Source of the DNA: Eledone cirrhosa
Taxonomy: Eukaryota
Assembly: GCA_964016885.1 (NCBI GenBank)
Contig: OZ024740.1
Location: forward strand, 19,592,001-19,656,000
Reading direction: 5' to 3'
Length of the DNA stretch: 64,000 bases
In this document: piece after piece, positions 42,198 through 53,910 of the stretch
How positions within the stretch are numbered: the stretch's first letter is position 1
Layout of the letters: every line of letters starts with the position of its first letter
Notes under the pieces: generated by a model
What the model was told of the DNA's origin: nothing
Database searches by the model: none
What the model saw: the letters and a program-made list of their open reading frames with translations, nothing else
Program-made: the position numbers and the translations under genes

Positions 42198-42717
42198 CAT
42201 ACATAGATACATGGTGGCTGCCAACTCGTTTTCGAGTACGGCCACTACTTTATATCCATGTAGGAGAACCCCTACCGAAGCGCTGAACAAGTGTGACTTT
42301 TTAGTCCAGCCAGCGACTTGAAAACTCTGGTACAAACACTACACTTGTGACAATTATTGACATATAGTGCTGGGCCCATGGTACCATGTGAGGACAAGTG
42401 CAGAGAGATCTCCAGATATAAAGCAATGCCTGTGCCGTGAAGCTTTTATAGTGAGCAAAGGCACTGCACAAAGCCAGTCCCACTCTCTTAACCAAGATGA
42501 TATTTACCAAAAAGAAGAACAAGTCAACATCATTGGATACCATCAGGGTTGCAGGTGTTATATCAGAGTGTTCCTTCTCCTAGAATTCTGCCTTGACAAA
42601 GGCTAAGGGGTCATCTCTCCCGGTGATTTTGGCTGGCCATTGACTCTTAAGAGCTCCTTTGCCCTTTGATACATAGATACATACATACATACATACATAC
42701 ATACATACATACATACA

Positions 42718-42751
<34 letters not shown>

Positions 42752-43015
42752 AATACATATATACATATTTGCGGACAAAAAGCGCAGCTCCCTAATTCAT
42801 AGTCTACAAATGGCTGCGATAGCTGGCACCTTCCAAATTTGCAAAACATTCTTGCGATTCAAGGGATGACAATTTCTTTTCTTTTACAACCTTGCCACCA
42901 GGAAGGTGGCCGGTCAAAGAAATATACTCGAAATTAAGAGAAAGAGATAACATAGATACATACATGCATACATATATATATACTTAGATACATACATACA
43001 TACATACATACATAC

Positions 43016-43622
43016 ATGGTGGCTGCCAACTCGTTTTCGAGTACGGCCACTACTTTATATCCATGTAAGAGAACTCCTACCGATGCGCTGAACGAGTGAT
43101 TTTTTAGTCCAGCCAGTGACTTGAAAACTCTAGTACAGACACTACACCTGTGACAACCATTGACACATAGTGCTGGGCCCATGGTACCATGTGACGACAA
43201 GTGCAGAGAGATCTCCAGATACAAAGCAATGCCTATGCCGTGAAACTTTTATAGTGAGCAAAGGCACTGCACAAAGCCAGTCCAACTCTCTCAACCAAGA
43301 TGACATTTACCAAAAAGAAGAACAAGTCAACATCATTGGATACCATAAGAGTTGCAGGTGTTATATCAGAGTTTTCCTTCTCCTAGAATTCTGCCTTGAC
43401 AAAGGCTAAGGGTCATCTCTCCCGGTGATTTTGGATGGCCATTGACTCTTAAGAGCTCCTTTGCCCTTTGACAGGTTTTGTTTTTAGTCCTGCAGGATGT
43501 CCAAAGTCACCCTCCTCACCAAGAAACATTGGTGCGGTTGCCAGTTTAGTCGCCAACGACCCGACCATGAAACAGGTTGTACTGGGATACATGTTACCAG
43601 TAGCACCAACTGGTGACCTGAC
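43016..43622 (-). mobile_element. ~600-bp non-autonomous RTE derivative (also 45756-46357 full; 42211-42668, 43715-44046, 44453-44864 5'-truncated)
   Basis: Shared 3' end with a zinc-finger remnant (CSVCTRVFKSLAGLKSH), an ACTCG-AAAA-CGAGT hairpin and a (GTAT)n tail. The two long copies share the same 5' end. No RT sequence. Confidence 0.7.
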
Positions 43623-44173
43623 ATACATACATACACACATACATACATACATAATATATATATAATATACATACATACATACATACATACATACATACAT
43701 ACATACATACATACATGGTGGCTGCCAACTCGTTTTCGAGTACGGCCATTGCTTTATATCCATGTAGGAGAACTCCTACCGATGCGCTGAACGAGTGTGA
43801 CTTTTTAGTCCAGCCAGCGACTTGAAAACTCTGGTACAAACACTACACCTGTAACAATTATTGACACATAGTGCTGGGCCCATGGTACCATGTGACGACA
43901 AGTGCAGAGAGATCTCCAGATATAAAGCAATGCCTGTGCTGTGAAGCTTTTATAGTGAGCAAAGGCACCGCACAAAGCCAGTCCCACTCTCTTAACCAAG
44001 ATGATATTTACCAAAAAGAAGAACAATTCAACATCATTGGATACCAACATACATACATACATACATACATACATACATACATACATACATACATACATAC
44101 ATACATACATACATAGATACATGCATGCATACATACATACATACATACATACATACATACATACATACATACA

Positions 44174-44204
<31 letters not shown>

Positions 44205-44896
44205 TTGAAAAAATAGTCCCCCGTGGCTAAACACATAGAATAAAAAAGAAATATGGTGAAGATGAGACTGTCTGTATTGATTGATTTTCCTGTCTTCAAC
44301 CATATTTTTGTATATACATACATACAAACGTATATACATACACACATACAGCCATACAACCATAATACATACATATATACATACATACAGCCATACAGCC
44401 ATACATACAAACTGCCTTACAGCCATACATACATACATATATACATACATACATGGTGGCTGCCAACTCGTTTTCGAGTACGGCCACTACTTTATATCTA
44501 TGTAGGAGAACCCCTACCGATGCGCTGAACGAGTGTGACTTTTTAGTCCAGCCAGCGACTTGAAAACTCTGGTACAAACACTACACTTGTGACAATTATT
44601 GACACATAGTGCTGGGCCCATGGTACCATGTGACGACAAGTGCAGAGAGATCTCCAGACATAATGCAATGCCTGTGCCGTGAAGCTTTTATAGTGAGCAA
44701 AGGCACTGCAAAAAGCCAGTCCCACTCTCTTAACCAAGATGATATTTACCAAAGAGAAGAACAAGTCAACATCATTGGATACCATCAGGGTTGCAGGTGT
44801 TATATCAGAGTTTTCCTTCTCCTAGAATTCTGCCTTGACAAAGGCTAAGGGGTCATCTCTCCCGTACATACCATACATACAGCCATACATACATAT

Positions 44897-45042
44897 ATGA
44901 TGGCTGCCCCCTCGTTATCGAGTATGGCCATTGCACGAGTAAAAAAAATAAAAATAAAAATAAATAAATAAATAAAAAAAAAATAAAATAAAAAAAAAAT
45001 AAATAAATTAAAAAAAAAATTAAAAATAAAAATAAATAAAAA

Positions 45043-45082
<40 letters not shown>

Positions 45083-45126
45083 ATACATACATATACATAC
45101 ATATACATACACATATATTAATAACG

Positions 45127-45183
<57 letters not shown>

Positions 45184-45699
45184 TAGGCGCACTGGGGACT
45201 ATCTCCAAAAGTTTCCAGGGATGGTTAAAGAAAATCGGCCCCTTCACGCTTTTTGGAACGCTTCAAAAGGCATGCTTGCTTGGAACAGCAAGAACCCTCC
45301 GATACGTCCTGAATATCTGAGGCTGCAGGTAGTGGCTTGATATTCATCCCAACGGACTTTCCAGTTAACCAACATCAATGACTGAGATTCAAGGAATAAC
45401 AACAATAATAATAGCGACAACAACAACAATAATAATAATATACATATACATATATATATATACACATACACGCACGCACACAAACACATCTATACACACA
45501 CACACACAATAGCAACTAACAGTGCTGCGATCGAATGTGGCTTTTTAGCCCAGCCAATGATCTAAAATGTCTTGCACAGAGTCGGCAACCAAAACATTCA
45601 CTGGGAATAGTCGGCTGTGGTTGGGGTTCATGTACTTTTGCATGTCGCTGGAGCCCTCCTGCTGATTTACATTCTCTACCACATGCTTGGCAAGCATGA
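44897..45699 (-). mobile_element. RTE 3' fragment (same family as 37681-39124) with expanded microsatellites and a nested Dong piece
   Basis: Zinc-finger coding at 45517-45699; matching 3' hairpin/tail at 44897-44940. Confidence 0.75.
45181..45395 (+). mobile_element. Dong/R4 3' fragment in (TAA)n
   Basis: IGALGTISKSF..WLKKIG...LQKACLLGTARTLRYVL* flanked by (TAA)n/(CAA)n. Confidence 0.8.
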
Positions 45700-46448
45700 C
45701 ATACATATATACATACATACATACAACCGTACAGTCATACATAATACATACATACATGGTGGCTGCCAACTCGTTTTCGAGTACGGCCACTACTTTATAT
45801 CCATGTAGGAGAACTCCTACCGATGCGCTGAACGTGTGTGACTTTTTAGTCCAGCCAGCGACTTGAAAACTCTGGTACAAACACTACACTTGTGATAATC
45901 ATTGACACATAGTGCTGGTCCCATGTGACGACAAGTGCAGAGAGATCTCCAGATATAAAGCAATGCCTGTGCCATGAAGCTTTTATAGTGAGCAAAGGCA
46001 GTGCACAAAGCCAGTCCCAATCTCTTGACCAAGATGATATTTACCAAAAAGAAGAACAAGTCAACATCATTGGATACCATCAGAGTTGCAGGTGTTATAT
46101 CAGAGTTTTCCTTCTCCTAGAATTCTGCCTTGACAAAGGCTAAGGGGTCATCTCTCCCGGTGATTTTGGATGGCCATTGACTCTTAAGAGCTCCTTTGCC
46201 CTTTGACAGGTTTTGTTTTTAGTCCTGCAGGATGTCCAAAGTCACCCTCCTCACCAAGAAACTTTGGTGGGGTTGCCAGTTTAGTCGCCAACGACCCGAC
46301 TATGAGACAGGTTGTACTGGGATACATGTTACCAGTAGCACCAACTGGTGACCTGACATACATACATACATACATACATACATACAGCCATACATACATA
46401 TATACATACGTACATACAGCCATACATATATACATACAGCCATACAGC

Positions 46449-46539
<91 letters not shown>

Positions 46540-46772
46540 GTAGTGTCACTACAGACAATATCAGTTCTAAATATCTTGCAGGATAACGTAATACACTTTA
46601 AATTGAGTGAAAACATTATCTTTGCTAAATTACACACCGTTATTAACACCCCATTACACCTTTTATGTTTATGTAGTTTATATAGACTCCCGGCTAAATG
46701 ATAAACACGTGTGTTTTATCATGCCGTAAACACACATATACACACATACACACACGCGCACATACACACATG

Positions 46773-46796
<24 letters not shown>

Positions 46797-46805
<9 letters not shown>

Positions 46806-47566
46806 TATATTTAGAGTTGTAAACTCAAACAGTCTTTTACGATTAATTAGCTCAAAGAAAGAAGCATTTCTGAGCCGTGAAATACAAGTTAATATAAATT
46901 AATATATGATAAACACAAAAGTGTTTGTATTGCAAAAGACGAAGTTAGCTAGAATGAAATAAAGTAATTCAAATAAAAATATAGATTGCCTGTCTCGATC
47001 TAAACTAATAAATCAATAGAAGCAAACCCATATTGGCAAATAGCCGTGGTACCTGGACAAATTTAAATTTCAAAATCCAAACCTTTTCCGCAGATCAATC
47101 TGAACTTCAAAATCCAAACAAGTTTCGCAAACGATAGTATAAAAGTGAAATATTTCAATTCTCTGTGCTTATCAACAGGTACCCAGAAGAATTAAGATAC
47201 TTCACCTCGAAAAAATTTTGGAGGTCTGGTTACTAGCGCAAACGCACTAGGTATTTGCACGAGGTTATCCAGCTCACTATCTATCTCATATTCATGGCGC
47301 TAGAAATAACAGCCGTTTATATGGGATTAAAAATTAGCTCAACAGTATGGAGCCGTAATATTATATTATATTTAGAGTTGTAAACTCAAACAGTCTTTTA
47401 CGATTAATTAGCTCAAAGAAAGAAGCATTTCTGAGCTGTGAAATACAAGTTAATATAAATTAATATATGATAAACACAAAAGTGTTTGTATTGCAAAAGA
47501 CGAAGTTAGCTATCGTCTTTTGCAGTACAAACACTTTTGTGTTTATCATATATTAATTTATATTAA

Positions 47567-47570
<4 letters not shown>
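46797..47570 (-). mobile_element. PLE-like non-coding cassette: 561-bp partial tandem plus short inversion, in (TA)n
   Basis: 46797-46951 is repeated at 47358-47512; inverted part at 47513-47570; HHR motif inside. Confidence 0.65.
47100..47178 (-). ncRNA. Type I hammerhead candidate, U3-A8 core
   Basis: CTG-TTGATAA-GCA...TGC-GAAA-CTT...AAG-TT/CAG; stems are short. Confidence 0.6.
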
Positions 47571-47600
<30 letters not shown>

Positions 47601-47604
<4 letters not shown>

Positions 47605-47962
47605 AAATGTTAAAATAATTAAATTTTAGTTTAGAACATTTATTTGCTGACAATTGTCTCTTCCAGTGGGAGGTCTGCAGTCATCGGAGCATAGGGAATG
47701 TCGAAACATGTGACTAAAATCCTAGTCATTCAGAACATTTAGGGTACATAACTGTTGTTAGTGGCATAGGCATCCTGACTCTCCACATGATGCCTATGCC
47801 ACTAACAACAGTTATGTACCCTAAATGTTCTGAATGACTAGGATTTTAGTCACATGTTTCGACATTCCCTATGCTCCGATGATTCCACATTTCCCTCTGT
47901 AAGAAACAATTATCAGCAAATAAATGTTCTAAACTAAAATTTGATCGTTTTAACACTTTGTA
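47601..47962. mobile_element. Foldback PLE-like remnant with a degenerate HHR in each arm (47645-47691 -, 47872-47918 +)
   Basis: Arms 47601-47774 and 47789-47962. Consensus TGCT-CCGATGA-TTCCAG..CTGGAA-GAAA-CAATTG-TC/AGCA, then AATAAA. Confidence 0.7.
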
Positions 47963-48089
47963 TCTCGGCTCTGTAAAACACTTGAAAATTTGCATTGAGC
48001 CTTTTGTCATACCGGTAACCGGCTAGTACTTAGTACTACTCTCCATATTTATAGTTGTATTAAACATATATAAATATAAATATCCTTAT

Positions 48090-48131
<42 letters not shown>

Positions 48132-48136
<5 letters not shown>

Positions 48137-48692
48137 TGTATATATAATGTATTTTGCAATACACTTTATGCTTAATTAAAAGCATTTTGAAGACCGTATG
48201 ATATTGTTTTAGAGTAGTGACAAACTCACTTACTTTAATCTCAGCAAACAAGGGGAGATAAGCCGACAAGGCCTTGTTTCGCATTTATTGAAGCTTATCA
48301 AGGCTAACTACTCCCTCCTGTCTACTGAGATCACTGATGTTATATTCTTATAGAATTCAGAGCTCCAATTCTAATTTTTAATTTCTGCCTGACCGGCAAC
48401 CGCTCTGTATAATCAGTTCCTGATTATTTACTAGAATTCTATAAGAATATAACATCAGTCATCTCAGTAGACAGGAGGGAGTAGTTAGCCTTGATAAGCA
48501 TCAATAAATGCGAAACAAGGCCTTGTCGGCTTATCTCCCCTTGTTTGCTGAGATTAAAGGAAGTGAGTTTGTCACTACTCTAAAACAATAGCATACGGTC
48601 TTCAAAATGCTTTTAATTAAGCATAAAGTGTATTGCAAAATACATTATATATACATTCATATATATATTGCTATTTCAGAGCTCCAATTCTA

Positions 48693-48698
<6 letters not shown>
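48132..48698. mobile_element. Foldback PLE-like remnant between (TA)n tracts
   Basis: Arms 48132-48358 and 48434-48660, each carrying an HHR. Confidence 0.75.
48487..48531 (+). ncRNA. Compact type I hammerhead, U3-A8 core (mirror copy 48261-48305 -)
   Basis: AGCC-TTGATAA-GCAT-CAATAA-ATGC-GAAA-CAAGGCCTTG-TC/GGCT: all stems pair, 12-nt palindrome ACAAGGCCTTGT, GUC triplet. Confidence 0.87.
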
Positions 48699-48736
<38 letters not shown>

Positions 48737-49112
48737 TCGTTGACAAATATATCAATATGCCCAGACGCGCAGATATATTGCCCTTGTTATCCCTGTATTT
48801 TTGTACTTTTTTATTATTTTTTTATTGTTTCTGATCATGCTGAGTAATACCGTCACTCATCCTTTGCTACCCTCTCCCAACCTCTTTATCATCTATTGCA
48901 CCATTTAAGTGATACATTTTTCGTGTAATTTTTAATTTTTAATTTTTAATTTTTGATGTAATTTTTTAAGACATTTTATGACATTATGTGCATCATGTAT
49001 TCTGTCTTTTTCCATATAGCGCTGGCCTCGGGACCCCCTTGCTGGTCCTTTAACCTTGTTCTGGTGATGCAGCTCGATGGAGCATGCAACTATTGATATA
49101 CTCTTGTTTATA

Positions 49113-49159
49113 GGTTCTGATGATTCCTGCCATGGGATATGGATGAAACATTGTTAGCT
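49113..49159 (+). ncRNA. Minimal type I hammerhead
   Basis: GGTT-CTGATGA-TTCC...GGAT-GAAA-CATTG-TT/AGCT, about 45 nt before (TA)n. Confidence 0.65.
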
Positions 49160-49205
49160 AAAAAAAAACAATGTATTTCTAAGCACTCTTTGGTTATTTC
49201 TATAG

Positions 49206-49274
<69 letters not shown>

Positions 49275-49362
49275 TTAAAACAAAAAACAAAAACAATAAC
49301 GAAGAGTGCAGTACAAACAGTGTTAGTATTAGGTTCATGCTTGAGAGTAAAGTGTGGGGGAC

Positions 49363-49390
49363 GACGTTTCGGGCATAAGCCCTTCATCAG
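49363..49390 (-). ncRNA. Minimal hammerhead core (stem I not evident)
   Basis: CTGATGA-AGGGC-TTAT-GCCC-GAAA-CG-TC in a segment between (TA)n tracts. Confidence 0.6.
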
Positions 49391-49492
49391 GAGAAAAGTG
49401 GGAAGGAAAAGAGTTCCGAGGGTGTGAGGGGGAATGGTGGAAAGACATTAAAGGGAGAAGGAAAATAAATAAAAAATATATATATATATGTA

Positions 49493-49805
49493 TACGATAT
49501 TAACAAATGGAAACTATATTCATAAAACCATATTTATTTCATTATACATATTTCAAGGATACCAAGTTAAATTATGGTATGCCTTCATCAGACAAAATAC
49601 AATATATACCAGTTTTATAAATAGACATTGACGTACCCTTTCAAAATGCGACCGTTACTTTTGGAAGACATCCTGATGTCTTCCAAAAGTAACGGTCGTA
49701 TTTTGTCTGATGAAGGCACACCATAATTTAACTTGGTATCCTTGAAATATGTATAATGAAATAAATATGGTTTTATAAATATAGTTTCCATTTGTTAATA
49801 TCGTA
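49493..49805. mobile_element. Foldback PLE-like remnant with an HHR in each arm (49535-49599 -, 49699-49763 +)
   Basis: TATTTTGT-CTGATGA-AGGCATACCA..TGGTATCCTT-GAAA-TATGTA-TA/ATGAAATA; central perfect hairpin at 49650-49698. Confidence 0.75.
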
Positions 49806-50144
49806 TTTTTACTCCAAATATTTGTCGAGTGCTTTATATCAGTTATAAAAATATTTACTTGTTGTATCCCAACAATTTAAATAGAACTTTTGCATATATA
49901 TATATATATATATATATACACGGCAAGATGAAACATGCACACAGATACACATACACACACACGCACACACATACATATATATGATACTTCTGTTGATATT
50001 ACAAGACAACAAACCAACATAATCTCGTTAGCTGATGTAATTTGTTCTACATATATACCTGTGTCTCAGTATTACCATACGGACAGACCACCACCTACTA
50101 GCGGGTCACCAATAATTACCCCACCCCCACTCTTAACCCAGCCC

Positions 50145-51780
50145 CTTCTTCTTCTTCTTCTTCTTCTTCTTCTTCTTCTTCTTCTTCGTCCACTTATTCC
50201 TGAGAGGGTCATGGGGGGGGGGGAGTCCTCAAACACTCCCTCCAGCGGGTCCTGTCAGAAGCAACTGTCTTCAACTGAACCGACTGGATCCCCAAGCGTG
50301 ACCAGCCAAGCTCATAGATATTATCCAACCATCTTGCTCGGGGTCTACCGCCGGGTCTCCTGTCCTGTCGGTTTGTTTTGCCGTAAAATCTGTCCAACCA
50401 TGCAGCACTCGGCATCAAACCTATCGCGTGCAAGTCGGAGATCACCTTCTGTCGAGTTAAGTAACACAATGTCGTCTGTAAATTCCAGCCGACCGATGTT
50501 ACACCTGCCAATCGTGATACCACTTACAAGCCGGTTGCGCATGTCAATCCTGTTCAAGGCCAGTACCCACCCTTGGCGGAGTCCGTCTCCCACATTGAAT
50601 GACTTCAATTTAGCACCATTTACCCGAACACAAATTCTCGCGCATTCGTATAGAGACATCTGGGCAGCAAGAAGCTGCCAGTGATCCCATATTACTGCGA
50701 AACCTTCCACAGCAGATCCCGAGGAACACGGTCATATGCCTTTTCAAGGCCGACAAAACAAGAATATACTTCTTGGCAATACTCCCATAGTTTTTCAAAG
50801 ACCTGCCGCAGTGTGAATATTTGGTCGGCTATTCTGCGTCCGGGACGAAAACCGCATTGTTCATCAGTTAGCTTGGGCTCGCCAATCTCCCTGCATCTCT
50901 CTGCCAGACACTTAGCATAGACTTTACCAGGGAGGCTTGACAAGGAGATCCCCCTTTAATTGAAACAATTTCTCTTGTCTCCCTTTTTGAAAATTGGGAT
51001 TATCACTCCCAGTTTCCATTGCTTAGGTGCCCTTCCAGAGATCCAGGTCACCCGACACACATGAGTCAGCCAGAGAATACCTTCTCTATTTAAGGATTTT
51101 AGCATCGCAGGTCAGATTTCATCTTCCCCAGCGGCCTCGCCACATTTGAGATCTTTAACTGTTCTTGTGACCTCAGCCTCCGTGTGATTATTCCCCGCTC
51201 CCAGATGTACCTCTTGTACATCAGAAGATGCTGTTGTGATCGGGTTAAGAAAAGTAACGTATTCGCTCCACCTCGTGGGGATGCACCTCTCTGAAGAGAG
51301 GAGAATCCCAGAGGTTTTCCTGGTAGCAGGTGTGGAAGAGAACGTGTTACGAAGTCGGCGGATGGTCTGCCGGAACACTGTATTTACTGCTCTGAAGTCG
51401 GATTCCATCTTAACCCCAAAGTCCTCCCTTGTTTTAACTTTGGACGTCTTTACTGTCTCTGCTGCGATTTTTCGTGCCTGCTTGTACAGCGAGTGCAACA
51501 AGGAGGACTTATTTCCAAGCCAAGCTTTGTAGGCCTCCTTCTTTGCCCGGATGACATTTTTGACCTCTTGATTGAACCAAGGGTCTCCTGCCACCCGGCA
51601 CCGCACCAAGCCTCTTTCGCCCAGAAACTACTGAGCTGAACAATTTCCAGTCTGTTTTAACATCCTCAGTTTTCTCAGGGAGTTCTCTGAATTTAGATGC
51701 AATAGTATCTGCATACCTGGTCCTTACTTTCTTATCCACCAACGTGTCCCACTTTAACATCTGTATAACTTGATAATTCC
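50145..51780 (-). mobile_element. Decayed RTE (Rex3/Expander-like) LINE with (GAA)n tail
   Basis: PWFNQEVK..KKEAYKAWL, SLPGKVYAK, EQCGFRPGR..DQIFTLRQ, LEKAYDRVPR, GLRQG, FTDD, RPGGRPRARWLD; (CTT)n on plus at 50145-50187. Confidence 0.88.
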
Positions 51781-52599
51781 AATTACATACACTAAGCCGA
51801 CTTAAAATGTAAACTTGAGGGTTGGTTGTATATTTTGATTTTTTATGAATAAGAAACTTCACCCCACCCATACTAAATAAAACTTAAAGTTACCCGGGTC
51901 CAACAAGTTCTAAATCCAGCTCTGCTTGTACCACCTCCTTCCCTTTGATCTATCTCTTTTATATCATTATATCATTGCTACAGTTCTGTTGTTCTGCATC
52001 AGATCTAACAAACAAACTAATCCACAACTACCAGTGTACATCTGGTGATTGTCTGCTACTCATCTGGCGATGATCGTCTGCCTGCTTAACATGTAAAATT
52101 ATCAACACTATATAAGGCTGTGTTTAGGAAGTTAAACGGACGTGACGTCACACTGTAAAACGACACCAAACAAAGCCTTTCAAACACCAAGCTTCTTCTT
52201 CTTGTAATGTTTTTCTAAATCATTGGGTTTTTTTATATTTATTTTTAAAAAGTTGTTGTTGTTGTTGTTGTGGCGGCGGCGGTGGCGGAGATGGTGGTGG
52301 TGTTGATGGTGGTGGTGGTGGTGGTGTGATGGTGGTGGTCTGATGGAGGTGGTGGTGGTGGTGGTGGCAGCGCTGGAATAAGATGGATTCATGCTGTGAT
52401 ATTTTTTTCTAAATTTCTTCTTTTTTAACGCAATTGTTATTGGGTTTCTGTGGGGCCGGAGGAAGGGGTGCTATATATCAAGATAAATATATTTAAAATA
52501 TATTTAAAAAAGAAAGAAGGGAGGGAATGTGGAGATGGGGTGAAATCTCGTCTTTTTTTAGACAGTCAGAACTGCATTATAGTGTGTGTGTGTGTGTAA

Positions 52600-52886
52600 T
52601 AATTGTTTCTACTTTTGGCACAAGGCCAGCAATAATCCAGTACATTACTGGTACTTTATTTTGTCGACCCCGTAAGGATGAAAGGCAAAGTTAACCTTGA
52701 CGGGATTTGAACTCAGACCGTAAGGGGACGTAACTATGCTAGAAAGCATGGCGTCGCACTCTCTACCGATACTGCCAATTCACCACCCTTGTAATAATTG
52801 TTTCTACTTTAGGCACAAGGCCAGCAATTACTCAGTACATTACTGGTACTTTATTTTATCGACCCCGTAAGGATGAAAGGCAAAGT
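52600..52886 (-). mobile_element. Two adjacent tRNA-derived SINE copies
   Basis: B-box GAGTTCAAATCC; same body as 20967-21174. Confidence 0.8.
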
Positions 52887-53366
52887 AATAATAATAATGA
52901 AAATTATTGTGTACAGTGCTCAGGTGCACAACAATTCATCAAATGTGCATGTATAGTACATAGAATAATGTACAAAAGTCAGGAAAGTGAACAGTGTATG
53001 ACTCATGATACACGCACACACAGGCACATGTGTGCATGTGTATGGAGGGGAATATCAGGTGTAGTGTTGGTGAATTTCGGGAAGCATGGAAGTTTTAAAG
53101 GATGCAGTGTCCTCTCGACAGCTAACAACTGATGCAGTGTCTCGGCAGCTAACAACTGATGCAGGTAGTTTGTTCCAGGCTTCAGCAACTCTGAGCTTGA
53201 AAAATATTTCCAAAAGTCATGGGAGCTGTGTTGCTTTCTGACTTTGTTGACATGCCCACGTGTGTTAGACACATGGAAATCAAAAAGGTGCTCAGGGTTG
53301 TTGTTGGCAAGCTGGTTAATAATTTAGTGGGTGTCTACCAAGTCAGTTGCCAGATGTCGAAGCTTC
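52887..53366 (-). mobile_element. CR1-like LINE 3' end
   Basis: TRGH..K...F..RVAEAWNKLPASVVSC..ASFK, then a 3' UTR and (TTA)n tail. Carries two copies of the 27/30-bp satellite unit. Confidence 0.8.
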
Positions 53367-53446
53367 AATGTGTGTGTGTGTGTGCGCGCGTATGTGTGTG
53401 TGCTATGGGGGTGGGGTGAGGTGGGGTGCCTCTGGGGGGGGGGGGT

Positions 53447-53570
53447 TAGCGTTTAAAGTGTTCAGCTCGTGATCGTAAGGTCGTGAGTTCAATTCCCGGT
53501 GTCACGTTGTGTCCTTGAGCAAGACACATTATTTTACGTTGCTTCAGTTCACTCAGCTGGCAAAGATGAT
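53447..53570 (+). mobile_element. tRNA-derived SINE head with CORE-like motif
   Basis: B-box GAGTTCAATTCC followed by gtgtccttgagcaagacac; probable 3' part at 54475-54600. Confidence 0.7.
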
Positions 53571-53577
53571 TTATATC

Positions 53578-53730
53578 TGTGGAGACTTCTGGTGTCCTTA
53601 GCCCTAGGATCACCTCCCTAGTCACCACCACCGGCACGGACCTGGCTACCCGCAGGTGTGATCCTCGAGAGCGGGAAAACATCTTCTCTATTCTGTCCGC
53701 CGGAGCCAAGGGGTGGCCAGCGTGTGGGCA
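53578..53730 (+). mobile_element. CRE-like 3' fragment
   Basis: VETSGVL.PR..SL.TT.G..LA.RRC.PRE, homologous to 55484 onward. Confidence 0.65.
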
Positions 53731-53910
53731 CCCATTTGTTTATAATAAGAGATTGGGGGTGGGCAGCAAGAGAGACGGAGGCAGTGACTAGACAAGTCTA
53801 TTCAGTTAGTAATAAAACTTGTATAGTCTCTCTTTGTGTTGTACTGTAGTTTATAGTAAGTATATCATATAGATATATATAGACTTCTGTATAATGTATT
53901 CAGTGTAGAA

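Noticed and set aside
43530-43622. HDV-like ribozyme at the 5' end of the RTE derivative (CCAGT...GACTAA-ACTGG)
   Set aside because: P2 and J4/2-like parts are present, but P1, P3 and P1.1 could not be built.
49057-49105. Tandem HHR copy upstream of 49113
   Set aside because: CTGGTGA core and no GAAA; too degenerate to call.
52109-52150. TATA-like motif and TGACGTCA site as a promoter
   Set aside because: Short motifs expected by chance; no linked gene.
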